Both the position numbers and the translations under genes were made by a program. A stretch of 64,000 nt of DNA from Vampirovibrionaceae bacterium NZW_1234 (GTDB taxonomy: Bacteria > Cyanobacteriota > Vampirovibrionia > Vampirovibrionales > JAGQHJ01): positions 1 to 64,000 of the forward strand of contig JBGUGD010000001.1 of the NCBI GenBank assembly GCA_041697335.1, written 5' to 3'. The notes beneath the pieces are model-generated. The model saw nothing but the letters and a program-made list of their open reading frames with translations, ran no database searches and was not told where the DNA came from. Of the stretch, positions 28,288 to 38,127 are shown piece by piece; the first letter of the stretch is position 1; each line of letters opens with the position of its first letter.

Positions 28288-29496
28288 ATGTCTACGTCGG
28301 TTGAATTACATCAGCAGGACTTCTATCAGGTTCTGGCCAGTTTGATTCCCAGTGAACTCAAGAAGTTGGGTCACCTCACTGTGGAGGACAATCTGGGTGG
28401 GCAACTCAGCCCGAGTACGCTGGTGAACGAATCGGGCCTGGGAGCCGACTCCTACGATCGGATGGTGCTTGCCGGGATGGTCAACCAGATGTTTCACATC
28501 TTTGAATCCGGGATCGAAGACAACCTATTGCGTGCAAAAACGCTTCAGGATTGGGCCTCTCTTGTGGCCCAATCCTGGGCTTTTTATTCGGAGGAAATCA
28601 CCTTTTTCACGTCCGGATCCACGGGAACCCCCAAACCGTGTCATCACCGTTTTTCCAACCTGATCCGGGAAGCTGAGTTTATCCGTTCGCTCTTTCCAAA
28701 CACAACCCGCATTGTGGCCCTGGTGCCCTCCCATCATATTTACGGCTTTCTGTGGACCGTGCTGTTGCCCAAGGTCATGACTGTTCCGGTGGTTTATGGC
28801 CAGGACTGGTCGGCCAATCGCTTGAAAAAAGAATTGCAGCCCCACGATCTGATCGTTTCCTTCCCCCTGCACTGGGATTATTTGCTGCGCAGCGGTCTGG
28901 TGATTGATCCGGCGTTTCAGGTTCAGGGCGTCTGCTCTACCGGGCCATGTGCTTCCGAACTGGTTGATGCTCTGCTTGAGAAAGGCTTGTCGGGGATGAC
29001 CGAAATTTACGGATCCTCGGAAACGGGCGGTATTGGGTATCGCCACCATCCGGAATCGCCCTACTCGCTTTTTCCGTATTGGCAGCCTCAGGATGAAGCT
29101 CTGCTCGATTTGGAGAATTCAAACCGTGACCCCTTGCCGTTGCCGGATATCGTTCGCTGGACCTCGGAGCGGATGTTTGAAATTCTCCGGCGCCGTGATC
29201 ATGCGGTACAAGTGGGTGGGGTTAACGTTTTTCCTGAGCGGGTTGCCCAGGTCATCCGCGAATTGGATTTTGTGGAAGATTGTGCCGTACGCCTGATGGA
29301 GCACCCGCAGGGCAATCGGTTAAAAACCCTTATCGTTCTCAAGGAAGGGCAGGAACCCACGGATGGGATTCGCAAGACCTTGCATGAGTGGATCCAAACC
29401 CAGTTAACGCCGCCCGAGCGTCCCAAATCCATAACATTTTCCAATCAATTGGAGCGCAATGCGCTTGGGAAAATTACAGAATGGAGTACGTTATGA
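28288..29496 (+). CDS. pcl: p-Coumarate-activating ligase (PYP activation family) with N-terminal ACP-like domain
   Basis: FTSGSTGTPK, YGSSETGG, RRDHAVQVGG, NALGK; N-terminal LGADS motif; lies directly after pyp. Confidence 0.88.
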   Translation: MSTSVELHQQDFYQVLASLIPSELKKLGHLTVEDNLGGQLSPSTLVNESGLGADSYDRMVLAGMVNQMFHIFESGIEDNLLRAKTLQDWASLVAQSWAFYSEEITFFTSGSTGTPKPCHHRFSNLIREAEFIRSLFPNTTRIVALVPSHHIYGFLWTVLLPKVMTVPVVYGQDWSANRLKKELQPHDLIVSFPLHWDYLLRSGLVIDPAFQVQGVCSTGPCASELVDALLEKGLSGMTEIYGSSETGGIGYRHHPESPYSLFPYWQPQDEALLDLENSNRDPLPLPDIVRWTSERMFEILRRRDHAVQVGGVNVFPERVAQVIRELDFVEDCAVRLMEHPQGNRLKTLIVLKEGQEPTDGIRKTLHEWIQTQLTPPERPKSITFSNQLERNALGKITEWSTL

Positions 29497-31139
29497 CACA
29501 GTCCCTCGATACCCAGTCTCAACGCCTAGGGGCAACAACGTTCTTTCTGGATGGGGTGACCCCGATTCATTTGGAGATGTTTGAAGGGGTTGTCCTGGGT
29601 GGGCAATCCGTTTCGCTGTCCGAGTCCTGCGAGGCCAAAATGGCGGCGTCCCGGAATTTTCTGGAAACCCTGATTGCGGATAACGCCCTGATTTATGGTG
29701 TCACCACCGGCTTTGGGCCGTTGGCCAATCAGTACATCACGCCGGAACAATCGGCACTCCTGCAACAAAACCTGGTGTATCATCTGTGCTCCGGTGTCGG
29801 TGAGCCCTTATCAGAAGCGCATACCCGGGCCTTGATGTTTGCCCGGCTGGTGAACATCAGTCGCGGCTATAGCGCCATCCTGCCTGAATCGGCGCGGCAT
29901 CTGCAACAGATGCTGAACCTGAATATCCTGCCCGTTATTCCGGCCATGGGGACCGTTGGGGCCAGCGGCGATTTAACGCCTCTTGCGCATATGACGCTGG
30001 CCATGATGGGCCAGGCCGATGTCATCTGTGATGGCCAACGGATGCCGGCCCTTGAGGCCTTTGAAAAATACAACCTGAAACCCCTGACCCTGGAAGCCAA
30101 AGAAGGCTTGGCCTTCGTAAACGGCACCTCCGTAATGACCGGGATTGCCGCCGTCAATGCGGTGTTGGCCCGAAGAGCCATTGAATGGAGCCTGGGACTT
30201 TCCGTGTTGTATGCCGAATTATTTCACGCCCGCACAGGGGCCTTTCATCCCAACATTGCCATGGTTCGTCCTCATCCGGGGCAAATTTCCGTCACCCATT
30301 GCTTGCAGCAACTGATTGCCGATAGCCAGCGTCTGGTGCATCAAACCGGAAAGCCCAGCCGCTTGAATCGTGAGCAGCTTAATGCCGATGGGATTTCTCA
30401 CGATCAAGAACTCATCCAGGATCCCTATACCATTCGCTGTTTGCCCCAGATCTACGGTGCCATTCTGGATGTGCTGACCTTTCACAATAACGTGGTGACC
30501 ACCGAACTAAATTCCGTCACGGACAATCCGTTGTTCTTTCCCGAGGAAGAATCGGTGTTTCATGGCGGCAATTTTTATGGCCAACACGTCTCCTTCGCCT
30601 CGGATGCCTTGACCAATGCCGTGATAAAAATGGGCATTCATGCCGAGCGGTGCATCGCCCGCATCACCGACGTGAAGCTGAATAACGGCTTCCCGGCCTT
30701 TATGCAGCGCGATAAAGTGGGGCTGCAAAGCGGGTTTATGGGGGCCCAGGTCACGGCCACAGCGACCCTGGCAGAAATGCGCTCCCTGGCCACACCGGCT
30801 TCGATTCAGTCGATTCCTACCAACGCCAACAACCAGGATGTCGTCACCATGGGGACCATTGCCGCCCGCAAGACGGCGCAGATTTTGGACTACCTCTACT
30901 ATATCCTGTCGATTGAATCGTTAGTCCTGGTGCAAGGCATGGATTTGTGTGATGATCGGGAGGCCTTTTCTTCCTCCTCCAAAGCTATCTATGAGGCGAT
31001 TCGGGGTGTCAGCGCCGAGCTTCACGAAGACCGGCCTTTCTACACCGATATTGATCGGGGCGCAACTTTTTTAAAGAATCATGCCCCTATTTATGCAAAA
31101 CATTTCTATAATGGAATCAGCGATACCCACTCACGTTAG
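29493..31139 (+). CDS. tal: Tyrosine ammonia-lyase (HAL/PAL/TAL family)
   Basis: MIO tripeptide ASG in GTVGASGDL, YGVTTGFG, TAL-type His in NLVYHL. ATGA overlap with pcl. Confidence 0.9.
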   Translation: MTQSLDTQSQRLGATTFFLDGVTPIHLEMFEGVVLGGQSVSLSESCEAKMAASRNFLETLIADNALIYGVTTGFGPLANQYITPEQSALLQQNLVYHLCSGVGEPLSEAHTRALMFARLVNISRGYSAILPESARHLQQMLNLNILPVIPAMGTVGASGDLTPLAHMTLAMMGQADVICDGQRMPALEAFEKYNLKPLTLEAKEGLAFVNGTSVMTGIAAVNAVLARRAIEWSLGLSVLYAELFHARTGAFHPNIAMVRPHPGQISVTHCLQQLIADSQRLVHQTGKPSRLNREQLNADGISHDQELIQDPYTIRCLPQIYGAILDVLTFHNNVVTTELNSVTDNPLFFPEEESVFHGGNFYGQHVSFASDALTNAVIKMGIHAERCIARITDVKLNNGFPAFMQRDKVGLQSGFMGAQVTATATLAEMRSLATPASIQSIPTNANNQDVVTMGTIAARKTAQILDYLYYILSIESLVLVQGMDLCDDREAFSSSSKAIYEAIRGVSAELHEDRPFYTDIDRGATFLKNHAPIYAKHFYNGISDTHSR

Positions 31140-31161
31140 TTGTACTCCCTGAGGTTTCAGC

Positions 31162-31809
31162 ATGGATCCCGTCAAAGGAACCCCTCCCGGTAAGCCCCTT
31201 CGTATTTATCAAACGGATGTCGGGAATTTGCCCATGCGGGAGATTATCCTCTTAAAGGCCAAGGAATTGTTTCGGGCCAAGGGGTTTGCGGCGGTGTCCA
31301 TTAACGACATCGTTGATGCGGTGGGCGTCACCAAGCCCACGTTGTACCACTACTTTAAGGACAAAGAGAATTTGTTTTTGCAGGTCCTCGTGGCCATGTT
31401 GGAGAGCGGGCACCAGAATTTTTCACAGGGGATTGCCGATATTCCTGGCTTTGAAGAGCGGCTTTATACCTTGGCCCTCGGCTATTTTCAGTACAGCCCG
31501 ACCAGTATTGCCACGGTCATGCGCGATGCTCGGGAGTATCTTTCCCCGGAGAATCAGACCCGCTTTTATGAGGCCATGGAGACCTCCATTATGAAGCCGA
31601 TTTCAGAGATTTTTGATGCGGCCATTGCCACTGGTGAACTACCGGCACGAGACACCCATTTGCTGGCCGGACTCTTTGCCAGCTTCCTGGATACGACCTT
31701 GACGGTATTCCGGCTCCAAAATGCGTCTGAAGATGAGATTATCGCCACCTCACGGGACATGGTGTCGGTGTTTCTCTATGGCATTAAAACGCCGCCTGCA
31801 AAGGCCTAG
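31162..31809 (+). CDS. TetR/AcrR family transcriptional regulator
   Basis: LFRAKGFAAVSINDIVDAVGVTKPTLYHYFKDKENL HTH. Confidence 0.93.
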   Translation: MDPVKGTPPGKPLRIYQTDVGNLPMREIILLKAKELFRAKGFAAVSINDIVDAVGVTKPTLYHYFKDKENLFLQVLVAMLESGHQNFSQGIADIPGFEERLYTLALGYFQYSPTSIATVMRDAREYLSPENQTRFYEAMETSIMKPISEIFDAAIATGELPARDTHLLAGLFASFLDTTLTVFRLQNASEDEIIATSRDMVSVFLYGIKTPPAKA

Positions 31810-32458
31810 CGATGGCTGCTGTCAGGGACCCGATACCCAGGTTGAAACTGGCATAATGGATGCGGGTCGTGGCAGGCTCGGGCAAACGAATGTGGCCGGT
31901 CAAGGCATCCGGTTCATCCAGGGCGTATTGCCGAAGCACCATTTCTGTATTCTGGAGGGTGGCTTTAAATGCGGCTTCTTTGATCGTCCATAATCGTACA
32001 CTGTGTTCCAGGCGCTGATGTTCCGGCTGTGATTCCAGCCATGCCAACTCCGGCTCTGTTAGGTAAAGGCTTTCTCCCAGGGGGCGGGATTGCGACCCGG
32101 GTTGAAAATCAATACCAATGCCACAGGCCATCGCGGGGTCTTGGTGCCCAATGGCAAACGCCCACGGCAGATGATGGGTGAGCGAGTAGCGCGGATGCGG
32201 GAAGGATAATCCGGTTGTGTCGGTTTGGTCATCCCCACAGGCGTGCATCACCTGTTTCAGAGCGGCCCGTGCCCGCTGCCAGGAGTCTTTCTGCCGCACT
32301 GAGGAAAGGCTCTCGATCACGGCGATTTCTTCCGGGCTCCAGAGGATGTTTTCATGAAGGTGATCCCGTGCCGAAACAGCGACCGGGATGTTCCAGTGCG
32401 CTGAGAAATACTGCGTTAAGTCCCTTGTCAGTGTGTCCCGGTCGAAGGATGTTGTCAT
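31784..32458 (-). CDS. 4'-phosphopantetheinyl transferase (Sfp/EntD-like)
   Basis: SLTH, GIGIDFQ, LWTIKEAAFKA motifs. Confidence 0.8.
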   Translation of the reverse strand: MTTSFDRDTLTRDLTQYFSAHWNIPVAVSARDHLHENILWSPEEIAVIESLSSVRQKDSWQRARAALKQVMHACGDDQTDTTGLSFPHPRYSLTHHLPWAFAIGHQDPAMACGIGIDFQPGSQSRPLGESLYLTEPELAWLESQPEHQRLEHSVRLWTIKEAAFKATLQNTEMVLRQYALDEPDALTGHIRLPEPATTRIHYASFNLGIGSLTAAIARPLQAAF

Positions 32459-32633
32459 CGTTTTACACGTCTGTCCCTGTCATGATTCTCGCAGGATAGA
32501 GGGTTTGTCTTGGTCTCATGCGTTCTGTGTTCATTATATCGCGGCATGATAGCTGACGCATAACGGCCCCCTCGTTTCGGGTTTGGGCTTCGCTTCGCTG
32601 GTTAGGGAATCCGAGAATGACCCAGGCGTGATA

Positions 32634-33116
32634 TCAGGGGTAGGCCAAGGGGCGGGACGGGACGACGATGGTGGACGTGGAGCGGATGACGGGTTCCTGG
32701 GCTTGGTTGTAGGTCATTTGCCGGAGCTTGACAATGCCTTGATGGGGCTTGGAGTTGGAGCGGCGGATGGCAATGATTTCGGTTTCCAGGCGGATGGTGT
32801 CGTTGGGGCGAACGGGCTTTAGCCATCGCAGTTCTTCCAGCCCAGCGCCAATGAGGCCTCCGGCAATCGGGAGGCTTTCGGTGAGCAAGCGCATGGTGAT
32901 GGCGGCCGTATGCCAGCCGCTTGCGGCCAGGCCCTGGAAAAACGTCTCCTTGGCGGCCTCCTCGTCCAGATGATAGGGCTGTGGGTCGAACTCCTGGGCG
33001 AAGGCTTTGATGGCGTCCGTGGAAACGCGGTAGTCTCGGGAGACAAATGTTTGTCCCACGGCTAAGTCATCCAGATACAGCTGTGTTGTGCCGTGATTGG
33101 CTAGGTGGTCGGACAT
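32634..33116 (-). CDS. MaoC-family dehydratase
   Basis: FDPQPYHLD...LAASGWHT hot-dog motif. RBS GGAGG. Confidence 0.9.
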   Translation of the reverse strand: MSDHLANHGTTQLYLDDLAVGQTFVSRDYRVSTDAIKAFAQEFDPQPYHLDEEAAKETFFQGLAASGWHTAAITMRLLTESLPIAGGLIGAGLEELRWLKPVRPNDTIRLETEIIAIRRSNSKPHQGIVKLRQMTYNQAQEPVIRSTSTIVVPSRPLAYP

Positions 33117-33260
33117 GGGGCCTCCGGCAGGCCAATGGCCTGATCTCGCTGCGGTTGTCATGGAATTGGATTCATTGAATCACGTCCACGCAATTCTGGA
33201 TATTGAGGGGTTTGTAATACCAATACCCCTGTTTCACAGATTGAGGGATACACACGCTTG

Positions 33261-36200
33261 ATGCCTCTGTTGCCCGTTGGGTTTCTGCACCATGCCTCCC
33301 GCCTTGGGGCGGGTCAGCGCCATCTTGGTGACCCTATTTCCCGGCCTCGCTTTGGGTCGGATGCAGCGTCGCCCTCAGCCGAAGACGCGTCCCCGGGGTA
33401 TGGGCGTCGGATCTCGGCCTCACACGAACAGGCGTTGGTGGCCCGCCTTCGCGAGGGGGATCAGGAAGCGTGGCTGGAACTTCATCAGGCGTATCTGCCC
33501 TTTGCCCGCTATCTGGCGCGTCTGAATCAAAATCGCCATGGGCTTGATGTGGAAGAGGTGGGCAATGCCTGCGAGTTTGGGTTGGCCATGGCCATCGAAG
33601 AGGTTAAGAAGGAAGAAGTCAAGCAACCAGAGTCTGCCGAGGAAACGTTTCTCAAGCGCATTACCCGCCATGCCAATCGGGCCCTGAATGAGGCTCGGGG
33701 GAAAAACCCGTTGGGCAGTTCCTTGAATGCGCCCATGGCCAGTGATTCGGACACAACCTTTGCCGCCCTGCTGGCTGAAGACACCTTGAGCCCCGATGAG
33801 CAGGCCGCTCAGGACAAGAAGATCCGCATGGTTTTGCAGGCCTTGCCGTGCCTGACCTTTATGGAAGAAGCCGTCGTTATTTTAGGGTTCGGGTTGAATA
33901 CCCGGGTTCCGTTGCCGCCGGAAGAGATAGGCCAGCGCCTTGGCGTGTCGGCGGATACCGTTCGCAAGTATACCGATGCGGGTTTGGACAAGATGACCCA
34001 GATCTACCGCTGGAAGGCCTCTAAGCGCAACCGGGGGGATCAGGCCTCGGTGCCCATCAAGCGGGTCAATGCCCTGGCCAAACTGGTGGAAGACAAGCGC
34101 GCCATCCGGCCCCTGGTTCAGCGCCATTGGGATGCCTTTACCGAGGCGGAGCAAGCTACCCTGCGTCGTCTGGTGTTCATCCAGATGTCGCCGGAACATG
34201 CTGCCCAGGAACTGAAAATACCGGAAGAAAGGCAATACCGGCATGCGGTTGATATTCTCAGCAAGCTACGACAGTTGGTTGGGGTTGAAGCCCCGGTTAC
34301 GGATGCGTCTCAGGAAGACGCTGAGTTTTTGAACAACTTGATTCGCCTGACGGGGCTGACGAAGCTTCGGCCTCAGCACCTGGATTGCCTGACGTTACAG
34401 GAACGGACGCTCTTGCGCTTGTCCGTGGGCGAGGTAGCTTCGGATGAGGAGGTTGCTGATACCCTGTCGATACCTTTGGATGCAGTGGCCAAGGGGCGGG
34501 ATGAGGCCATTGTGAAGCTTAAACAGCACTTGCAAAAGGGATCGACCGGCTTTCGGGCCACCCGTCAGTCTGTGACCGCCGGATTGGATCAGGTTCTCGA
34601 TGACCACCATGTGGATATTCTGGCCCAGCAGTGGGAAGAGGGCCAATCGGCCCAGGCTATCGCCGAGGCCAGTGGGGGGCTCAAACGCTCGACGATTACG
34701 GGGCGGATTCAACACGCCGTGAAGGCTCTTCGGGAGTCTCGTGAATTGCCCGCCGCTGCGGTAAAGGAAGCCCTGGAGGTTCCGGTGACGGATGACCGCT
34801 TGGCCCAGGCCCTGGTGAAAGAAGGCATTCAGGGGCTGACGCCCCGGATGCTGCAAACCCAGCTGACGGAGAATCAGCGCCAGGTGCTTCGATTGCGCCT
34901 AAAAGGCTGGAGCTATGCCGACATTGCCCGGCATCTTGAACGTACCGAGGCGCCCATCAAGAGTACGGTCGCCCGGGCGCTGGCCAAGCTCAGGAAAGTG
35001 GCCCAAGCCAACGACATCCTGACGCCGCTCCACCAACACGGGTTGACCCAAATCCGATCGGAGGATCTGGCCCCACTATCTCCGCGTCATCAGCAGTTGC
35101 TGGGGCTTTACTTTGCCAAGGGGCACCATCTTAGGCGGTTTGTCAACGAGATGCAGGCCGTTTCCGGGGCGGATACGGTGAAGCAGTTGGAGACACGTTT
35201 GAGTGCGGCTGTCGAGGCCCTGCCGCCCCAGCAGAAGTCTTATCTGACCCTGCGGTGTGACTCGGAGAAAAGCTTCAGCGAACTGGCACGGGACCTGAAC
35301 ACCGGCTTGTCCCAGGTGACGCAGGCGGTCTATGCCGGGTTGGTCAATGTCGAGAAAAGCATGAACCCGGTCACCCTGGTTTCTCAGCTTCAGGATGAAG
35401 GCTTTGTGGCCCTGGATGAGGTGTCTCTGAACGCGATTTCCGAGCCGCACCAGGCATTCTTGAGGGCCTATCTGAACGAGGGCTTCTCTCTGGCCGGGGT
35501 GGTCCATCGGCTGCCCAAGGGGGCTTCGGGCAAGACGCTTGCAATCGGGCTTGCCCAGGAGATTGCCGCGGGCTTTGAGAAGGTGCCTCCCCGTTCGCTG
35601 GACATTGCCCTGCATTACTGGACCCATGACTGTCAAGACGGGGCCGTTACCCAGAAGTATGGCTTGACGGCTTCGGGCAGACGGGATCATGTGGGTAAGG
35701 CCTTGTCTATCCTGGTGCCTGCCTTGGGCGATGTGTCCCTGGAGCAGCGGTTGAAACGATTTGGGCTGGACGTGGGTGCGAGCACCCTGGGCTTGTTGTC
35801 CGAGAAAGAGCGGGGGATTCTGGAAGCCTATTTGCGCCAAGGCCATGGACTGGAGACGCTGGCCGCCAACCTGGCCGGGTTCCCGAAGGGGACGGTTTAT
35901 GGGCAGCGCTTTGTTGACGAGATTCAGGCCGCCATGGGGGCGATGACGGACAAGCAGCAACAGGCGATGGATGTCTACCGGCAAAACGGCTTTCGCATGC
36001 AAGCATCTGCCAAAGCCTTGGCGGTGAACTTTCATTCGGTTCGCGCCCTGTTGGCCAAGGGGTGTGTGAATATGGCCCAGGTCTTTTCCCAGGGCAGCTT
36101 GGCGATGAAACTGCATCACCAGGGCTTTGCCCATATCCGGCCGGAGGCTTTGAAGGCCTTGCCGGAGGAGACCGGTCGACTGTTGCGCCTGTATCTGGAC

Positions 36201-36494
36201 AAGGGGTATTCCCTGGCACTGGTGGCCAAGCCGGTACAGGGCAATGAAGCGCAGTTTGTTCCGGCCATCCAGAGTGCCCTGAAGGGCGCACTGGCGGGTC
36301 TGCGGTCCGAACCCCAGCGCCAGGCCTTGAGTCATTATTGCAGTGGGGATCTGTCCTATGCCGATGTGGCCGAGAAAATGGGGCTGGGACGGGATGCCAA
36401 AGACCCGGCGGGGATGTTGATCCAGGCAGGCTTAAAAATGATGCGTCGCAGTTTGGAAGGCGAACACCTATCCGAGGGGACGGACCGCCCGTAG
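33261..36494 (+). CDS. Large sigma-70-like protein with many tandem region-4 HTH units
   Basis: Region-2-like LVARLREGDQEAWLELHQAYLP, then repeated LT..Q..VL.L...G.S..IA..L units. Confidence 0.8.
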   Translation: MPLLPVGFLHHASRLGAGQRHLGDPISRPRFGSDAASPSAEDASPGYGRRISASHEQALVARLREGDQEAWLELHQAYLPFARYLARLNQNRHGLDVEEVGNACEFGLAMAIEEVKKEEVKQPESAEETFLKRITRHANRALNEARGKNPLGSSLNAPMASDSDTTFAALLAEDTLSPDEQAAQDKKIRMVLQALPCLTFMEEAVVILGFGLNTRVPLPPEEIGQRLGVSADTVRKYTDAGLDKMTQIYRWKASKRNRGDQASVPIKRVNALAKLVEDKRAIRPLVQRHWDAFTEAEQATLRRLVFIQMSPEHAAQELKIPEERQYRHAVDILSKLRQLVGVEAPVTDASQEDAEFLNNLIRLTGLTKLRPQHLDCLTLQERTLLRLSVGEVASDEEVADTLSIPLDAVAKGRDEAIVKLKQHLQKGSTGFRATRQSVTAGLDQVLDDHHVDILAQQWEEGQSAQAIAEASGGLKRSTITGRIQHAVKALRESRELPAAAVKEALEVPVTDDRLAQALVKEGIQGLTPRMLQTQLTENQRQVLRLRLKGWSYADIARHLERTEAPIKSTVARALAKLRKVAQANDILTPLHQHGLTQIRSEDLAPLSPRHQQLLGLYFAKGHHLRRFVNEMQAVSGADTVKQLETRLSAAVEALPPQQKSYLTLRCDSEKSFSELARDLNTGLSQVTQAVYAGLVNVEKSMNPVTLVSQLQDEGFVALDEVSLNAISEPHQAFLRAYLNEGFSLAGVVHRLPKGASGKTLAIGLAQEIAAGFEKVPPRSLDIALHYWTHDCQDGAVTQKYGLTASGRRDHVGKALSILVPALGDVSLEQRLKRFGLDVGASTLGLLSEKERGILEAYLRQGHGLETLAANLAGFPKGTVYGQRFVDEIQAAMGAMTDKQQQAMDVYRQNGFRMQASAKALAVNFHSVRALLAKGCVNMAQVFSQGSLAMKLHHQGFAHIRPEALKALPEETGRLLRLYLDKGYSLALVAKPVQGNEAQFVPAIQSALKGALAGLRSEPQRQALSHYCSGDLSYADVAEKMGLGRDAKDPAGMLIQAGLKMMRRSLEGEHLSEGTDRP

Positions 36495-36639
36495 CCTAGA
36501 GTTGGGAAACCGGGGCCGATTGTACATCCTCAGGCACGCCCGAGGTTTGGATCAGAGGTTGCCACTCTGGGCAATGGATAGTTCTGTGGCCAGCGCCATA
36601 ATGAGACGGTACGTCGCTTTGCCTAAGGGAGCTTGTGTG

Positions 36640-37140
36640 ATGCAAACCATTCGAGAAAGTCTGGAAATTAATGCCCCGGTCTCACTGTGTTATCAGGTGC
36701 TAACGCAGTTCGATCGCTACCCCCGGTTTATGCCCCACTTCACGTGCGTGCGTCCCATGGAGGATGGCACCTGGTATTGGGAGATGGAAGGCCCGCGGGG
36801 GCAGGAGGTGTCCTGGACCATTCAGGTGGATGTGATGATGCCGGATAAGGTCATTGTCTGGCACAGCCTGTCGCCCTCCTCCAGCGGTCTGTCGGGGTCC
36901 ATGAACCTGCAATCGCTTCAAGGGGATCGCACCAAGCTGGATGTTGCCGTGGCCTATGAAACCGGGGTGTGGGCTCGGGATATCCTGACTGAGATGGCCT
37001 TTCATCCGGCCCATCGGCTGAGAGAAGACCTGGAAAAATACAAGCTGCTGGTCGAGCATATGGCCATGCGGTCCGATGAGGTCCAGGAGCAAACGGGCGC
37101 GGATCCCTACGCCGAAATCCCCATGCCGCGCAGGTCCTAG
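36640..37140 (+). CDS. SRPBCC / polyketide cyclase-dehydrase family protein
   Basis: IRESLEINAPV...FDRYPRFMPH...WYWEM...IVWHS. Confidence 0.85.
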   Translation: MQTIRESLEINAPVSLCYQVLTQFDRYPRFMPHFTCVRPMEDGTWYWEMEGPRGQEVSWTIQVDVMMPDKVIVWHSLSPSSSGLSGSMNLQSLQGDRTKLDVAVAYETGVWARDILTEMAFHPAHRLREDLEKYKLLVEHMAMRSDEVQEQTGADPYAEIPMPRRS

Positions 37141-37234
37141 AGGCCTGTACGCGACGGCGGCCCTCCTGATAAAATAGGGGTGACATGGGTCAAGCCTCGC
37201 CCCGATTGTTATCAGTCAAGGAGTATCCCTGCGT

Positions 37235-37540
37235 ATGCGCGTCATTGTGGACTTGTGTGTTGTTCCCTTAGGTGTCGGTGTGTCTGTTTCCCAGTATGTG
37301 GCCGCGTGTGAGCGTGTGTTGCAGGAGGCGGGCCTGTCCCATCAGCTGCATGCCTATGGCACCAACATCGAAGGCGAGTGGGACGAGGTGTTTGCGGCCA
37401 TCAAACGGTGCCACGAAACCGTCCATGCCATGGGGGCGCCCCGCATCAGTACCACGGTGAAGCTGGGGACCCGCACCGATCGGACCCAAACCATGGATGA
37501 CAAGGTCAAGAGTGTCGAATCCAAGCTGGCCTCGTCTTAA
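37235..37540 (+). CDS. MTH1187/YqgV thiamine-binding family protein
   Basis: VVPLGVGVSVSQYVA...HAYGTNIEGEW...RTDR. Confidence 0.9.
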   Translation: MRVIVDLCVVPLGVGVSVSQYVAACERVLQEAGLSHQLHAYGTNIEGEWDEVFAAIKRCHETVHAMGAPRISTTVKLGTRTDRTQTMDDKVKSVESKLASS

Positions 37541-37620
37541 CCGCTCCCCGGGGGGAGAGATTATCCCGGACCCAGAGACCTGGAGAGCTAGAGAGAGGCC
37601 GAGGGGCAAGGAGGGATGAT

Positions 37621-38112
37621 GTGATTTTCAAAGAACAGGCATCGCGTCGGGCAGACCGCTTTGATGCGTCAGGCTACTCCTGGAAGCCGGGGATTGATTA
37701 CCGCACCCATCCGGAGCTGTATCGGGTGGGCAAAGGGGAGCAGGGGGTGTTGATTTGTGAACCCTATAAAACGGAGATTTTGCCTCACTGGCGTTTTCGG
37801 GACCCGGAGACGGCCCGCCAAAGCAGTGCGCGGATCTATGGGTTGTTTCTGGACTACCTGGCCCAGGGGGATTTTGTGGGGGCCGATATGGCCCGAAAGT
37901 ACCTGCAAATGGGGTATACTCGGGCACGTCGCTATGCCAACTACCGGGGCGGCCGCAAGTATGAGCCCGAGACGGGTGAGCCTCTCGCCCGAGGGACCGG
38001 GGACCCGGTGAAAGCCGAGAGTGCGGAGATTTTTTACGCCAAGTGGCAAGAGGCTGAAGCCCACCCCGAATATCAGGCCTGGAAAGCGGCCTGGAAGCGG
38101 CAGTACGGGTAG
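37621..38112 (+). CDS. DUF4385 family protein
   Basis: GKGEQGVLICEPYK.EILPHWRF, DFVGADMARKYLQMGYTRARRYAN. Confidence 0.85.
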   Translation: MIFKEQASRRADRFDASGYSWKPGIDYRTHPELYRVGKGEQGVLICEPYKTEILPHWRFRDPETARQSSARIYGLFLDYLAQGDFVGADMARKYLQMGYTRARRYANYRGGRKYEPETGEPLARGTGDPVKAESAEIFYAKWQEAEAHPEYQAWKAAWKRQYG

Positions 38113-38127
38113 TAGGGGAGTCGGACG

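Noticed and set aside
32634..33116. MaoC dehydratase as part of PYP chromophore modification
   Set aside because: Common stand-alone gene, 175 nt from the PPTase. Proximity is the only link.
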